This document shows positions 29,631 to 39,410 of a stretch of DNA of 64,000 nt, piece by piece. A program made the position numbers and the translations under genes. How positions within the stretch are numbered: the first letter of the stretch is position 1; each line of letters opens with the position of its first letter. This stretch comes from an uncultured Gammaproteobacteria bacterium (GTDB taxonomy: Bacteria > Patescibacteriota > Microgenomatia > Levybacterales > GWA1-39-11): assembly GCA_964406795.1 (NCBI GenBank), contig CAYOTA010000001.1, positions 5,383 to 69,382 on the forward strand, written 5' to 3'. The notes below the pieces were generated by a model. That model ran no database searches. It had not been told where the DNA came from and was given only the letters and a program-made list of their open reading frames with translations.

Positions 29631-30341
29631 TTAGAATCTGGAATTCTTGATATCAGACCACAATATAAAACTTTCTAAAATAGCTCGTATGACTACTCCC
29701 ACGTTTGCTCCACTCTGCTCACCGTACTTTCTTGGAAAATGAGAAACTTCAACTTGAGTAATCTTTAATTTTTTTCTGGTGGCTTTTGCTAATATTTCTG
29801 TTGTGATCATTGCGCCTTCAGAACGAAGTGGTCCAATCTTTTCCAATGCCTCTTTTTTAAACATTTTAAACCCACAATCAATATCTTTAAAATGAAACCT
29901 AAAAAATATATAGTCCCAAATTTTAAGCATATACATTAAGACATGTCTTGCAAATTTATCTTGACGTTTCTTTCTATAGCCAATTACAATATCTGAGCCG
30001 TCAATTTTTTCAATAAATTTATGTACTTCAGAAAAATCGAATTGAGCATCTCCGTCAACAAACACAATGGTGTCATACTGAGAATGTGTAAACCCCTCAC
30101 GAAGAGCCGATCCATACCCTCTATTAGGGGTGTGAGTTATAACTTTTAAGTTCTTGTGTTTCTTTTCAAGTCTTTGTGCTTCTTTAAGAGTTCCGTCCGA
30201 AGATCCGTCGTCCACCATTAATATTTCCCATTTGTCAGCGACTTGCTGGGCTATTGGAATGGCCAAGGTTACAACTTTTTCTATATTCTTTTCTTCATTC
30301 CAGAATGGGAAAAATATAGACAATTCTTTTATTTTTTTCAT
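29631..30341 (-). CDS. GT2 polyprenol-monophosphate sugar synthase (DPM1/GtrB-like).
   Basis: 'LSIFFPFWNEEKNIEKVV...ILMVDDGSSDGT', 'VFVDGDAQFD' and a size of 236 aa. Confidence 0.8.
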   Translation of the reverse strand: MKKIKELSIFFPFWNEEKNIEKVVTLAIPIAQQVADKWEILMVDDGSSDGTLKEAQRLEKKHKNLKVITHTPNRGYGSALREGFTHSQYDTIVFVDGDAQFDFSEVHKFIEKIDGSDIVIGYRKKRQDKFARHVLMYMLKIWDYIFFRFHFKDIDCGFKMFKKEALEKIGPLRSEGAMITTEILAKATRKKLKITQVEVSHFPRKYGEQSGANVGVVIRAILESFILWSDIKNSRF

Positions 30342-30346
30342 ATAGA

Positions 30347-32065
30347 TTATTTTTTACGATTATAGTGTTTCTTAAGCGTTAAAAAAGATAGTATTCCTAC
30401 TAGTATTATACTAATTCCAGTAATAATATTCCCAACTAATCTTACAGGAGTGTCGTTGAATTTGGCTTCAATTTCGTGCTTACCTACTGGAAGCGACACC
30501 TGGATCAATTTTAACTTGTTAGAATCAGAATATTCAATATCAAGCGAATTTAATGTAACATTCCACCCGGGAAAGGAGAATGTATTGATTTGGAGTATGC
30601 CAGGTTCTAGCACCTTGATGTCAAGTTTTTTATATTGTGGCTTATCAGTTATAACTTTAATATCCATACTTCCGCTTATTACCTGCGCTGTTCTGGATGC
30701 TATCTCATGTTTATCAATGTCTATTTTGGTTGTACCAATATCTGATTTCCGAGTCTGTATTCCTTTAGGTACGTATTCATATGCTAAGGAACTTGTTTCC
30801 CATCTGATTTTTTCATTGTTAGTATAAAAATTATCATTTACGTTTACAAAACGTTCAGGAGTAAATTTCCCAATACTAAGATACATTATTAGTCCTGCAA
30901 GAAGAATAGATACTGCAACTCTTATGTATATATTGGAAATAAAACTCACTACGGCACCTGTTAAAAATGCGGAAACAAAAGATGAAATGAGTAAAAATCT
31001 CCAAGGAAATTGTATATACCATAGAGGTGTAATTACATCCCACAAAGGCTTTGAAAATTTTATCATTAAAAAGATACATCCTGCAAGAAAAATAGAAAAA
31101 ATAATAATTGGAAATAACTTTGCATCCTTCTTTCGTTTGAAAAACCATACAAGCGCTAAGACAAATGAAATGAATGATGCAACTAATTGCACTTTTCCAA
31201 TTTCAAAGGATATACCGTCAAAACATCCCTGAATAGAACCACCATATCCCCAAGGTGAATCCCACAATTGGTACGTGCAGACAAAATGCAAACTATAATT
31301 TGCCAGCTCTGAAGTTAAAATATTAATAAGTGTATGTTCTCTTTCAATATATGAAGGGAGCCAAAAATAAGCTGTAAGACCAAAACCTAAGATCAGAGCA
31401 CCTAGGCTATTTTTTAAGAATTGTTGCTTATGCTTTGAGATATAGAAGAGGTAAAGTATCCATGCGAACAAAAACGGCAATGTCATTATGGCTATTAAAT
31501 TATGACTTAAAATAAGGGCACCCAAAGCCACTGCACTAATAAAAATATACGTCCAATTATTGGTTTTGTAGATTTTATATGTTGACCAAAATAATAATGG
31601 GATAAATGGAAACGTAGCAGCTTCGGCAAATGCTCCTCTGGCGTAGATATCTACTGCTCTATATGAAGCGTAGGTGTATGCAACTGAAGACAGTAACCCT
31701 CCCAATCTTCCGATGAATTGCTTGGAAAAAAGATACACGAAATAAGCTGATGAAGCAAAAACAGTTGCAAGCATTAATTTTGTTGAAACTATATAGCCAA
31801 ATCCTAAAAGGTGAAAAAATTCTCCCATATAATATGCAAATGGTGGATAAAAATTGAAAAATGGATATCCATACCCAAATCCTAGGTTTGGAACTATTCT
31901 AGGGGGAATATGAAATGAAATGAGTGAGGCATGCAAATCAAAAAGTCTTCCTATCTGCTCGTCATCATGCATAACATAAAATCCAGGATTAAATAATGGC
32001 AAAATTGCCGGAATGATAGACAAGATAATAACTAAAAATGGTGTAAACTTTAACATTTTTTTCAT
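30347..32065 (-). CDS. GT-C-like membrane protein, family A, paralog 3 of 4.
   Basis: 'GFYVMHDDEQIGRL...LGFGYGYPFFNFYPPFAYYMGE' and the C-terminal 'FSFPGWNVTLNS'. 572 aa. Confidence 0.55.
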   Translation of the reverse strand: MKKMLKFTPFLVIILSIIPAILPLFNPGFYVMHDDEQIGRLFDLHASLISFHIPPRIVPNLGFGYGYPFFNFYPPFAYYMGEFFHLLGFGYIVSTKLMLATVFASSAYFVYLFSKQFIGRLGGLLSSVAYTYASYRAVDIYARGAFAEAATFPFIPLLFWSTYKIYKTNNWTYIFISAVALGALILSHNLIAIMTLPFLFAWILYLFYISKHKQQFLKNSLGALILGFGLTAYFWLPSYIEREHTLINILTSELANYSLHFVCTYQLWDSPWGYGGSIQGCFDGISFEIGKVQLVASFISFVLALVWFFKRKKDAKLFPIIIFSIFLAGCIFLMIKFSKPLWDVITPLWYIQFPWRFLLISSFVSAFLTGAVVSFISNIYIRVAVSILLAGLIMYLSIGKFTPERFVNVNDNFYTNNEKIRWETSSLAYEYVPKGIQTRKSDIGTTKIDIDKHEIASRTAQVISGSMDIKVITDKPQYKKLDIKVLEPGILQINTFSFPGWNVTLNSLDIEYSDSNKLKLIQVSLPVGKHEIEAKFNDTPVRLVGNIITGISIILVGILSFLTLKKHYNRKK

Positions 32066-32085
32066 ATAATATTTTACTAGTTGCG

Positions 32086-33741
32086 TTATGTTTTTGAAGT
32101 CTTTGTTTTTTTAGTTAACTTTAAGAATACATAGACTCCGTATCCCATCAAACATACAAAGGCAATTAAAGAAATTATGTCAAAAAATCCCCGCAATTTT
32201 GTCTCATAAAATGTGAGCTCTATGGAATTTTGGCCAGCCGGTAATTCAAGACTCATTATGCCATATGGATTATTAAATTGTATCTCAGAGGGTCTGTCAT
32301 TTACCAATGCTTTCCAACCGGGATAATAAATTTGATTGACAGATAGTAAGCCCGCAGATGAAGACGCAGCATCAAATGTAATTTTATTTGAACTGTAAAA
32401 TAGACTACTAATGTTAAAACCGGAATTGATCTTTTCCTCATACCTTACTGTTGGGATACTAGAAACCCACAGGGGCATCAACTCCTGGGAAGATGTAGTT
32501 GTCGCTTCATTTGTGATGTAATAACTCTCTCCTCTGTTTACAAAATAATCAGGATTGGCATATGAAAATGTAAGTAAAATCGCAGAAATAACCAGTATTC
32601 CACCTAAAATTTTCCCAAACTTAGCATTTGCAATTACACCTGTTAAAAATGACATAAGAAATCCTAATGGCAGCAAGAGTGTCCATGGATAATTTATTTC
32701 AGAAAGTAACGGAAGCCTCCAAATAAACTCAGCAACAGGAAACATCATCAGAATAAATATACTAGTCAATGTCAAAAAAGATATAAATAACGTGCGAGCA
32801 AAATCTGTCGTTTTAGGAAATGTAAAGACTGACAGAACAAACCCTATAAATTGAGGGATGCCAAGGTTGTATGAAAACGGGTTAGCATCAGTTGGAGTAC
32901 CATATCCCCACGATGGAATAAATATTTTAAATACATCAACAAAATATAAATTTCTATCTGCAATGGGAATTTTTGATAACTTTATATTTTGCTTTTCATA
33001 TAAAGCAGGGAATATAAAAAATGATGACAAAACACCGCCCCATATACCAGCTGCAGCTACATACATTGCCTCTTTATACTTTTTTGCAATCAATAGAGCT
33101 GCTACAAAAAACACAGCTATTAACCCAAAATAAACAGCCGAAATATTATGCGTTAAAGCAAGTACGCCTATCATTAATGCTGTACCAAAAATTCCTATGT
33201 GCCTCTTACTAGGATTTACTATTAAAAGCATCGAGAGAAGTAAAAGCGGATACAGCGCAAATGCAACAGATTCTCCTATTGACCCTCTCACATACAGATC
33301 AACCATTCTGTAAGGGAGATACAAATATAAAACCGCGCTTATAAAACCTGCAAGCTTACTCTTCCAAAAATATGCCGACAAGACAAACATTCCAAAAAAT
33401 GAAACAAAAACGGATAGAACAAATACAGCTTTTACGCTTTCTATAAATCCAAAATTCGCCGCATGAAAAACAGTTGTTACATAATATGGAAATGGGTAAG
33501 CAAAATTAAATAATGGGTATCCGTATCCAAAATTAAGTGCCCCACTATACCTTGGGGGAAACTGTAAATCGCGAATTTCTCGAAACATCTCAGCGGCCCT
33601 CACAACTGCCCATTCCCCATCATGTGTAGGGAAATATCCTGGTTTTAAGAATGGGAAGGTGACAAAGAAACAAAGGACTAAGCCTGCTAAAATGTATAAA
33701 AATGTTGATGTAGTAAATTTAGGAAACATATTATCTTTCAA
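32086..33741 (-). CDS. GT-C-like membrane protein, family A, paralog 4 of 4.
   Basis: 'GYFPTHDGEWAVVRA...LNFGYGYPLFNFAYPFPYYVTT' and the C-terminal 'IYYPGWKALVNDRPSEIQF'. 551 aa. Confidence 0.55.
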   Translation of the reverse strand: MKDNMFPKFTTSTFLYILAGLVLCFFVTFPFLKPGYFPTHDGEWAVVRAAEMFREIRDLQFPPRYSGALNFGYGYPLFNFAYPFPYYVTTVFHAANFGFIESVKAVFVLSVFVSFFGMFVLSAYFWKSKLAGFISAVLYLYLPYRMVDLYVRGSIGESVAFALYPLLLLSMLLIVNPSKRHIGIFGTALMIGVLALTHNISAVYFGLIAVFFVAALLIAKKYKEAMYVAAAGIWGGVLSSFFIFPALYEKQNIKLSKIPIADRNLYFVDVFKIFIPSWGYGTPTDANPFSYNLGIPQFIGFVLSVFTFPKTTDFARTLFISFLTLTSIFILMMFPVAEFIWRLPLLSEINYPWTLLLPLGFLMSFLTGVIANAKFGKILGGILVISAILLTFSYANPDYFVNRGESYYITNEATTTSSQELMPLWVSSIPTVRYEEKINSGFNISSLFYSSNKITFDAASSSAGLLSVNQIYYPGWKALVNDRPSEIQFNNPYGIMSLELPAGQNSIELTFYETKLRGFFDIISLIAFVCLMGYGVYVFLKLTKKTKTSKT

Positions 33742-35404
33742 TTATTCTGTACGCTTCAGTGCCATCTGGAAAATAGATTATTTTTTGGGAAGAGGTCTCT
33801 GGTACTTCATCTGGGGCTGCAATAATAAGCGTGTTCTTCAGCTTTTGATCCTGCCCCCATTCTATTTTTCTGAATTCGTATTTACCAATTTTGCGCTCAA
33901 ATCTTGGTATCTGCCCATTTCCTGTAAAATTCCAATTTTTTTGATACCATACAGGATCAATTTTATTGTAGAAAAGATAAAAAACGTATGGCTGATCATA
34001 CTTATAAGACATGATAATTTTTTCAAACTTTTCCTCTTTTTGTTTCGCATATAAAACAGCTTCTTTGTTTCCATATTGCCAAAAGTAACCATACTCACGA
34101 GGAGTATGAATATAATATTGATGAAAATAATACAAAATGTTGAGAACAAAAGATATAAAAACTACTCCCAAAATTACATATTTGTAGTTAGCTTTCATTT
34201 TTAAAATATATGCTCCAAATATAAAGAGACCAACACCAAACCATATGTCAAAAACTGGTGCCATAATAATTGCACGCACTGGATGAGGTGCTCCAGATGA
34301 AATACTAGAAGCAAGTGGTGCCAAAAACATAAGCAACAATAAAACGCCTATCTGTTTGTTTATATTTCTTACCAAAATATATACTCCAAATAAAATAAAC
34401 GGCAATGAGAAAAGATAAAGCATACCAAAGTCTACTGCATGATGTTGCACTCCACCATCACCATATATAAATAAATAGCCAGGATTATAATGTTCTAAAT
34501 ATCCTTTAACCGCCGCAAGGATATAGACAAATCTTCTATTTTCAAATAAATACCCCAAGAGATTTCCATTAGACGCATCAAGCTCCAGTCTTTCTATAGA
34601 TTTCTGAAGCTCCGGAGTATCTCCAAAAATAGTCACCATAGATAATCTGCTTCCAGTACCACCATTAGATAGTAAAAAGCTAGAATATATCGGAATCACC
34701 AATAGTCCAAAAAGCACCAGTGAAGCAAGTGCTATATATTTACTTTTTAACAATTCTTTAAAATATAAAACAGTATATGCAAATAAAAATATAGGAACTA
34801 TAAGCCTAAAACTGTGATATGAGTACATTGATAGTATAAGTAAAATAGACGCAATGATTAGAAATTTTGGTCGTTTTAAAAATTTATACAGACATAAAAC
34901 ACCAGCTAGTAAAAAGAATAATCCTATATTTCCTTCATATGCAGCTCTTGAAAATTGCAGGCTCCATGGAGATATTGCAAATAATAATGCTGATGTTAAT
35001 GCAACTCCTGTTGAATACTTAAAAAGACTAAATTCACCATCTTTTTTATCCTTTTTTAATACTTGAACAACAAGCGCATATACAACTAGCACAGACAACG
35101 AGCCAAGAAGTGCTGAGGGAAACCTTACAGAAAATTCATTTAAACCAAAAATCACAATTGATGGAACTGTAAGATATGCGTAAAGTGGCGGCTTGTAGTC
35201 ATCAAATGAACGAATAGATAAGGGTAAAAAATTGCCGTATTCATCTTTTCCGGTTTTAAGAATCGAATAAGCGTTGTATCCATTTGATACCTCATCCCAA
35301 TTTAAGCTGGGTGGGTTTCCTGATAGATTATAGAATCTTAAAAACAATCCAATAAGAAAGATTAATCCTAATAAAAAATACTTATGTCTTGTGAAATTGC
35401 TCAT
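33731..35404 (-). CDS. GT39/GT83 (PMT/ArnT-like) membrane glycosyltransferase (paralog 4).
   Basis: 'LNWDEVSNGYNAYSILKTGKDEYGNFLPLSIRSFDDYKPPLYAY' DE-loop and the C-terminal 'YVFYLFYNKIDPVWY'. Confidence 0.7.
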   Translation of the reverse strand: MSNFTRHKYFLLGLIFLIGLFLRFYNLSGNPPSLNWDEVSNGYNAYSILKTGKDEYGNFLPLSIRSFDDYKPPLYAYLTVPSIVIFGLNEFSVRFPSALLGSLSVLVVYALVVQVLKKDKKDGEFSLFKYSTGVALTSALLFAISPWSLQFSRAAYEGNIGLFFLLAGVLCLYKFLKRPKFLIIASILLILSMYSYHSFRLIVPIFLFAYTVLYFKELLKSKYIALASLVLFGLLVIPIYSSFLLSNGGTGSRLSMVTIFGDTPELQKSIERLELDASNGNLLGYLFENRRFVYILAAVKGYLEHYNPGYLFIYGDGGVQHHAVDFGMLYLFSLPFILFGVYILVRNINKQIGVLLLLMFLAPLASSISSGAPHPVRAIIMAPVFDIWFGVGLFIFGAYILKMKANYKYVILGVVFISFVLNILYYFHQYYIHTPREYGYFWQYGNKEAVLYAKQKEEKFEKIIMSYKYDQPYVFYLFYNKIDPVWYQKNWNFTGNGQIPRFERKIGKYEFRKIEWGQDQKLKNTLIIAAPDEVPETSSQKIIYFPDGTEAYRIIER

Positions 35405-35417
35405 TATTATTATGTTG

Positions 35418-37079
35418 CTACCTGTAAACTACTCTAAAGCCTAAAGATCCGTCCTCACGATATATATTTTTATAATTCACCTGCTTACTAGGTTCAGGAC
35501 ATGTACCACGATCCACATAAATAACTCTTGTACCTTTTGGTATAGAAACACTTTCATTAACAGATGGACATTCATTTGGAACGAATACATATTTACCAAA
35601 ACCTTTAAAATCCGCATCTTTGGGTGAGCCTTCTTGTATATATGTTTTTGGATTATATTGAGAATAGAATAATACTAACGGATACCCTCCTCCGGTTTTT
35701 GTCATAATCACTTTGTCATAGTCTTCATATTTACTTGTCACATTCTGCATCATTTCAGCAAATCCATTATTTCTATACCATGTCCTATGTGTAGAACCGT
35801 GTACAAAATACTGATGTATAAAATATACTTCAGAATAGAAAACTACAGCTGATAAAAACACCAAACATATAATTTTTAACCATCTTTTATTTAAAAAATA
35901 CAGAAAAGAAATAAATCCATATGCAGTCACAAACTCAAGCATTGGAAATAAAACTATTGCTCGTTGGAAATTAGGAATATCATCTATGGTCAGTGCGGCA
36001 ACCAATGGAGAAAGTAGAATCCAAATTATAGGAATATATGACAGACGCGTTTTCTTTTGAATAAGCAAAATAAAACCCATAACTAAGAACGGTAATTCAA
36101 AAATATGAAGCAATCCCATCCTGTTTACGTCATACCAAATAGGAAGCCCACCGGAAATAAACAAAAAATCCCCACTAAAATATTCTAGATAATTTGTCAC
36201 ATAATCAAACCCAAAATTATTTAGTTTGTTATGATATATTCTGGCTTCAAGCGGTCCAACCCCCACCGTCCCATCTTCACGTAGATGCTCTTCTAATACA
36301 AGCCGTGTTTCAGGATGAGAAAACACATTTACCTGTGTAAATCTGCCCGATCCTCCTTTAACTAGGAATACTAAGGCAAATGATAGAAGACACATTGCTA
36401 AAATACCAATCACTAAAACGCTTGTAAAATATCTTTTCTTTTTAACCAGAAAATTTTTGTAGTATAGTAAAGAGGTTGCAATGACTATTAGAGGAACAAA
36501 TACACGAGGTGTGTGATACAAAAAGAAGCTGCTTGATAAAATGATTAGTGACAAAATTAATAATTTAGTACGGTACTCAATAATACTTTTAAAAAATAAC
36601 AAAAACCCAAGCAGTACAAAGAATAGAGCCACAATTGTTTCAGCACTTGCACGAGATAAAACAGTATGCCACGGAGCAATTGTCAGCAATAGTGCAGATA
36701 CAAGCGCAACTTTATTGCTTTTACTCAAATATAAACAAAGAAAGTAAAAAGGAATTATGGTAGCAATACCAAATATAGCTCCAGGAAGTCTTGTTGAGAA
36801 TTCAGTCAATCCAAATACAGCAACAGGCAAGATTGCTAAGAAGTGGTACCCAGATGGCCTATTGTCTCCAAAAATATCTACATACAGTGGTAAAAACTTA
36901 CCCTCATCTGATTTGCCAGTCTGCATGAGTGAATAGGCATTATATCCCAGGGAAGCTTCATCAATGTGAAAACCGGCAGGAGAAGTTTTCAAGTTTACGA
37001 GACGCACAACGCACGAAAAAATAATAAGTGCTGCCAAAATTAGAAGAGTTAGCTTATTTCTTTTTATTTTTTTTAGCAT
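35418..37079 (-). CDS. GT39/GT83 (PMT/ArnT-like) membrane glycosyltransferase (paralog 5).
   Basis: 'FHIDEASLGYNAYSLMQTGKSDEGKFLPLYVDIFGDNRPSGYHF' and the C-terminal 'YPLVLFYSQYNPKTY'. Confidence 0.7.
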   Translation of the reverse strand: MLKKIKRNKLTLLILAALIIFSCVVRLVNLKTSPAGFHIDEASLGYNAYSLMQTGKSDEGKFLPLYVDIFGDNRPSGYHFLAILPVAVFGLTEFSTRLPGAIFGIATIIPFYFLCLYLSKSNKVALVSALLLTIAPWHTVLSRASAETIVALFFVLLGFLLFFKSIIEYRTKLLILSLIILSSSFFLYHTPRVFVPLIVIATSLLYYKNFLVKKKRYFTSVLVIGILAMCLLSFALVFLVKGGSGRFTQVNVFSHPETRLVLEEHLREDGTVGVGPLEARIYHNKLNNFGFDYVTNYLEYFSGDFLFISGGLPIWYDVNRMGLLHIFELPFLVMGFILLIQKKTRLSYIPIIWILLSPLVAALTIDDIPNFQRAIVLFPMLEFVTAYGFISFLYFLNKRWLKIICLVFLSAVVFYSEVYFIHQYFVHGSTHRTWYRNNGFAEMMQNVTSKYEDYDKVIMTKTGGGYPLVLFYSQYNPKTYIQEGSPKDADFKGFGKYVFVPNECPSVNESVSIPKGTRVIYVDRGTCPEPSKQVNYKNIYREDGSLGFRVVYR

Positions 37080-39408
37080 AGACTTTTACAAGGGTACCAA
37101 ACAACATGGTTAATATCAAACCTACAAATGACATTAAAGACACAATCAAGCCTATCTTAAAAGATTGTGGTTCATAATTCATCTCAACTATGTGTGACCC
37201 CTTTAAAATTGGTATGGCTCTATATGTATAATTTGCACGTAAAATTGGTGTTTTAACTCCATCCACATAAGCTTCCCACCCGGGAAAATATGTATCTGAG
37301 ATAAATAACAGCTGATTAGCGTTAGACTTGGTTTCCAGCTTCACTTTATTAGGAAGATAGGATAGTAATTTTATAGTACCTGCGCTCCCAGAAGAAATAG
37401 TAAAATTATTTAGCTCATTTTCAATAATTACTGATTTTTGGATATCGAATTGTGGATCATATAACCGTTTTAAAATTTCTTTTTTGTCAGCTATTACCTC
37501 GTACTCTCCTACAAGTTTTAAGCGAGGAAGATAATCTAGATTTTCATAAATCTGCCATCCTTCCTTCTGCCATAATAGCTTGTAATCTACTTCATCAAAT
37601 GCGCTATCTACACCTAGATCATTTTTTTTATTCAGTAAATACTTTACTCCCGTCAGATCCAAAACCCTCCTCCTATAAAAGTTTTCTTTGAGTTCATTCA
37701 CCCCGTATCCTGATTTTATATCAGCAACTGTTTTAGGTAGTATGGCCGGCAAGATACCATTCCCTGAAGTAAAAAGAAACTCACCATATCTTTTACTAAA
37801 TAATGGATTATATCCTTCTGTTCCGTACATTTTTTCAATAATTTGAAACTCGGAATCTATATGCGCACTGCCGTATCCCCATACTCTATCAATACCTTGA
37901 ATTTGTTGTAACTTATTTATAACTTTGGAATTAGGATATATATAGGAACGCGGCACGAAAGAGTTAAACTTTACGAATGAATAAAATAATTCAAATACCA
38001 AAAGTGCCACTATAATAAATGAAGCAATATTTCTATTAATTCTTAAAACAATAAAAAAAGCACCCAACACAAATATTCCTGTGGGTAATATCATATTTCT
38101 TTTTGACACGGCAAGTAATGGATCTGAGATAATGAAAGCTAAGACCCACAATGCGGCAAGAATAACAGCAAAACCGCAAATAACCAAAACTAGCTTTAGT
38201 TTATTTTCTTTCTTATAGAAAAAGTTATCAAATCCAATAGCACCCAGGACACATATACAAAAACTCATAATAGACAATACACGGGTTGGAATACCAGTGG
38301 ACAAAATAGGAATTCCTACGCTATGTAAATATGCGGTAAGTGGGGAAGAAATACTTGTTATGAGTACTATTGCAGCAACTACAGAAAAAAACAATTTATA
38401 AAATGTCTGCTTAGTGACAAGAGCAAATACTGCAAATATAAATGTCCATAAGCCTACAGAAAGTGTACGCTCTAAAATTGACCCACCTTTCAAAAAGTAA
38501 TTATTTGTGGCTGGATTGCCAAAAAAATCAGGAACTAAAAACGTTACTAAACTTTCAACTGGTAACAGTCTTTCAAGTAAATCTGTATATGAATAATTTC
38601 CTCTGAGTGAAGCCGTCACAAGCTCATACAATGGAAGCAGTTGTACAAAAGATAAAAGAATACTTATTATAAATGAGCATCCAATAAGCATGTATATTTT
38701 CAAAGATCTTTTTTTGTCGGTCATGAGTTTACAGGTTACATATGCCGCAGACAAAATATAAATATACATGGTTAGCTGGATATAACCTGCTAGCGTGGAT
38801 AATCCAGAAGCCAAAATAAGAAGGATAAACCAATACCATCTATGTGTACGCAGTATTTTCTCAATCGAAAACAATACGAGAGGAAGATACGCCAGAGAAT
38901 GTCCAATATTTCCATATTCTCCCCATACTGTTAAAAATGAACAAAAGGAAAATGCAATTGAGCCAAAAAGGGAAGATAACTTTTGAAGCCCAATTACACG
39001 CAAATATAAATAAGTAAAAAACAACGCAAATACATACTGCAGGATTATGTATATGCTCCATGCCTCAATAAAAGGCAAAAGAAAGAAAATAACATTTACT
39101 GGGTACAGTGTTCCGGACTGCAAACTTGCGAAATGTGGAGTACCTGAAAAAACGTATGGGTTCCACAATGGAAATTCACCAGACTTAATAGATTCTATGG
39201 AAAAAAATTTCCAAGGATATAATTCACGCACTACATCGGCACCCTGACCTTTATGAGGAATACCAACAAATAAAGACTTATATGGCTCATAATTTGCCAT
39301 GAGTAAGTCTCCAGGAAACGGAATTAAGCCAAAAATAACAGTTTTATAAAAAAATAAAAGCGGGATAAATACAAATAAAGATCCGAACAATAAGTTCTTA
39401 AAGCTCAT
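37054..39408 (-). CDS. YfhO-family GT-C membrane protein, paralog 3 of 3.
   Basis: 784 aa. Carries 'GEFPLWNPYVFSGTPHFASLQSGTLYPVN' and the C-terminal 'SDTYFPGWEAYVDGVKTPILRANYTYRAIPI'. Confidence 0.6.
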   Translation of the reverse strand: MSFKNLLFGSLFVFIPLLFFYKTVIFGLIPFPGDLLMANYEPYKSLFVGIPHKGQGADVVRELYPWKFFSIESIKSGEFPLWNPYVFSGTPHFASLQSGTLYPVNVIFFLLPFIEAWSIYIILQYVFALFFTYLYLRVIGLQKLSSLFGSIAFSFCSFLTVWGEYGNIGHSLAYLPLVLFSIEKILRTHRWYWFILLILASGLSTLAGYIQLTMYIYILSAAYVTCKLMTDKKRSLKIYMLIGCSFIISILLSFVQLLPLYELVTASLRGNYSYTDLLERLLPVESLVTFLVPDFFGNPATNNYFLKGGSILERTLSVGLWTFIFAVFALVTKQTFYKLFFSVVAAIVLITSISSPLTAYLHSVGIPILSTGIPTRVLSIMSFCICVLGAIGFDNFFYKKENKLKLVLVICGFAVILAALWVLAFIISDPLLAVSKRNMILPTGIFVLGAFFIVLRINRNIASFIIVALLVFELFYSFVKFNSFVPRSYIYPNSKVINKLQQIQGIDRVWGYGSAHIDSEFQIIEKMYGTEGYNPLFSKRYGEFLFTSGNGILPAILPKTVADIKSGYGVNELKENFYRRRVLDLTGVKYLLNKKNDLGVDSAFDEVDYKLLWQKEGWQIYENLDYLPRLKLVGEYEVIADKKEILKRLYDPQFDIQKSVIIENELNNFTISSGSAGTIKLLSYLPNKVKLETKSNANQLLFISDTYFPGWEAYVDGVKTPILRANYTYRAIPILKGSHIVEMNYEPQSFKIGLIVSLMSFVGLILTMLFGTLVKVYAKKNKKK

Positions 39409-39410
39409 GA

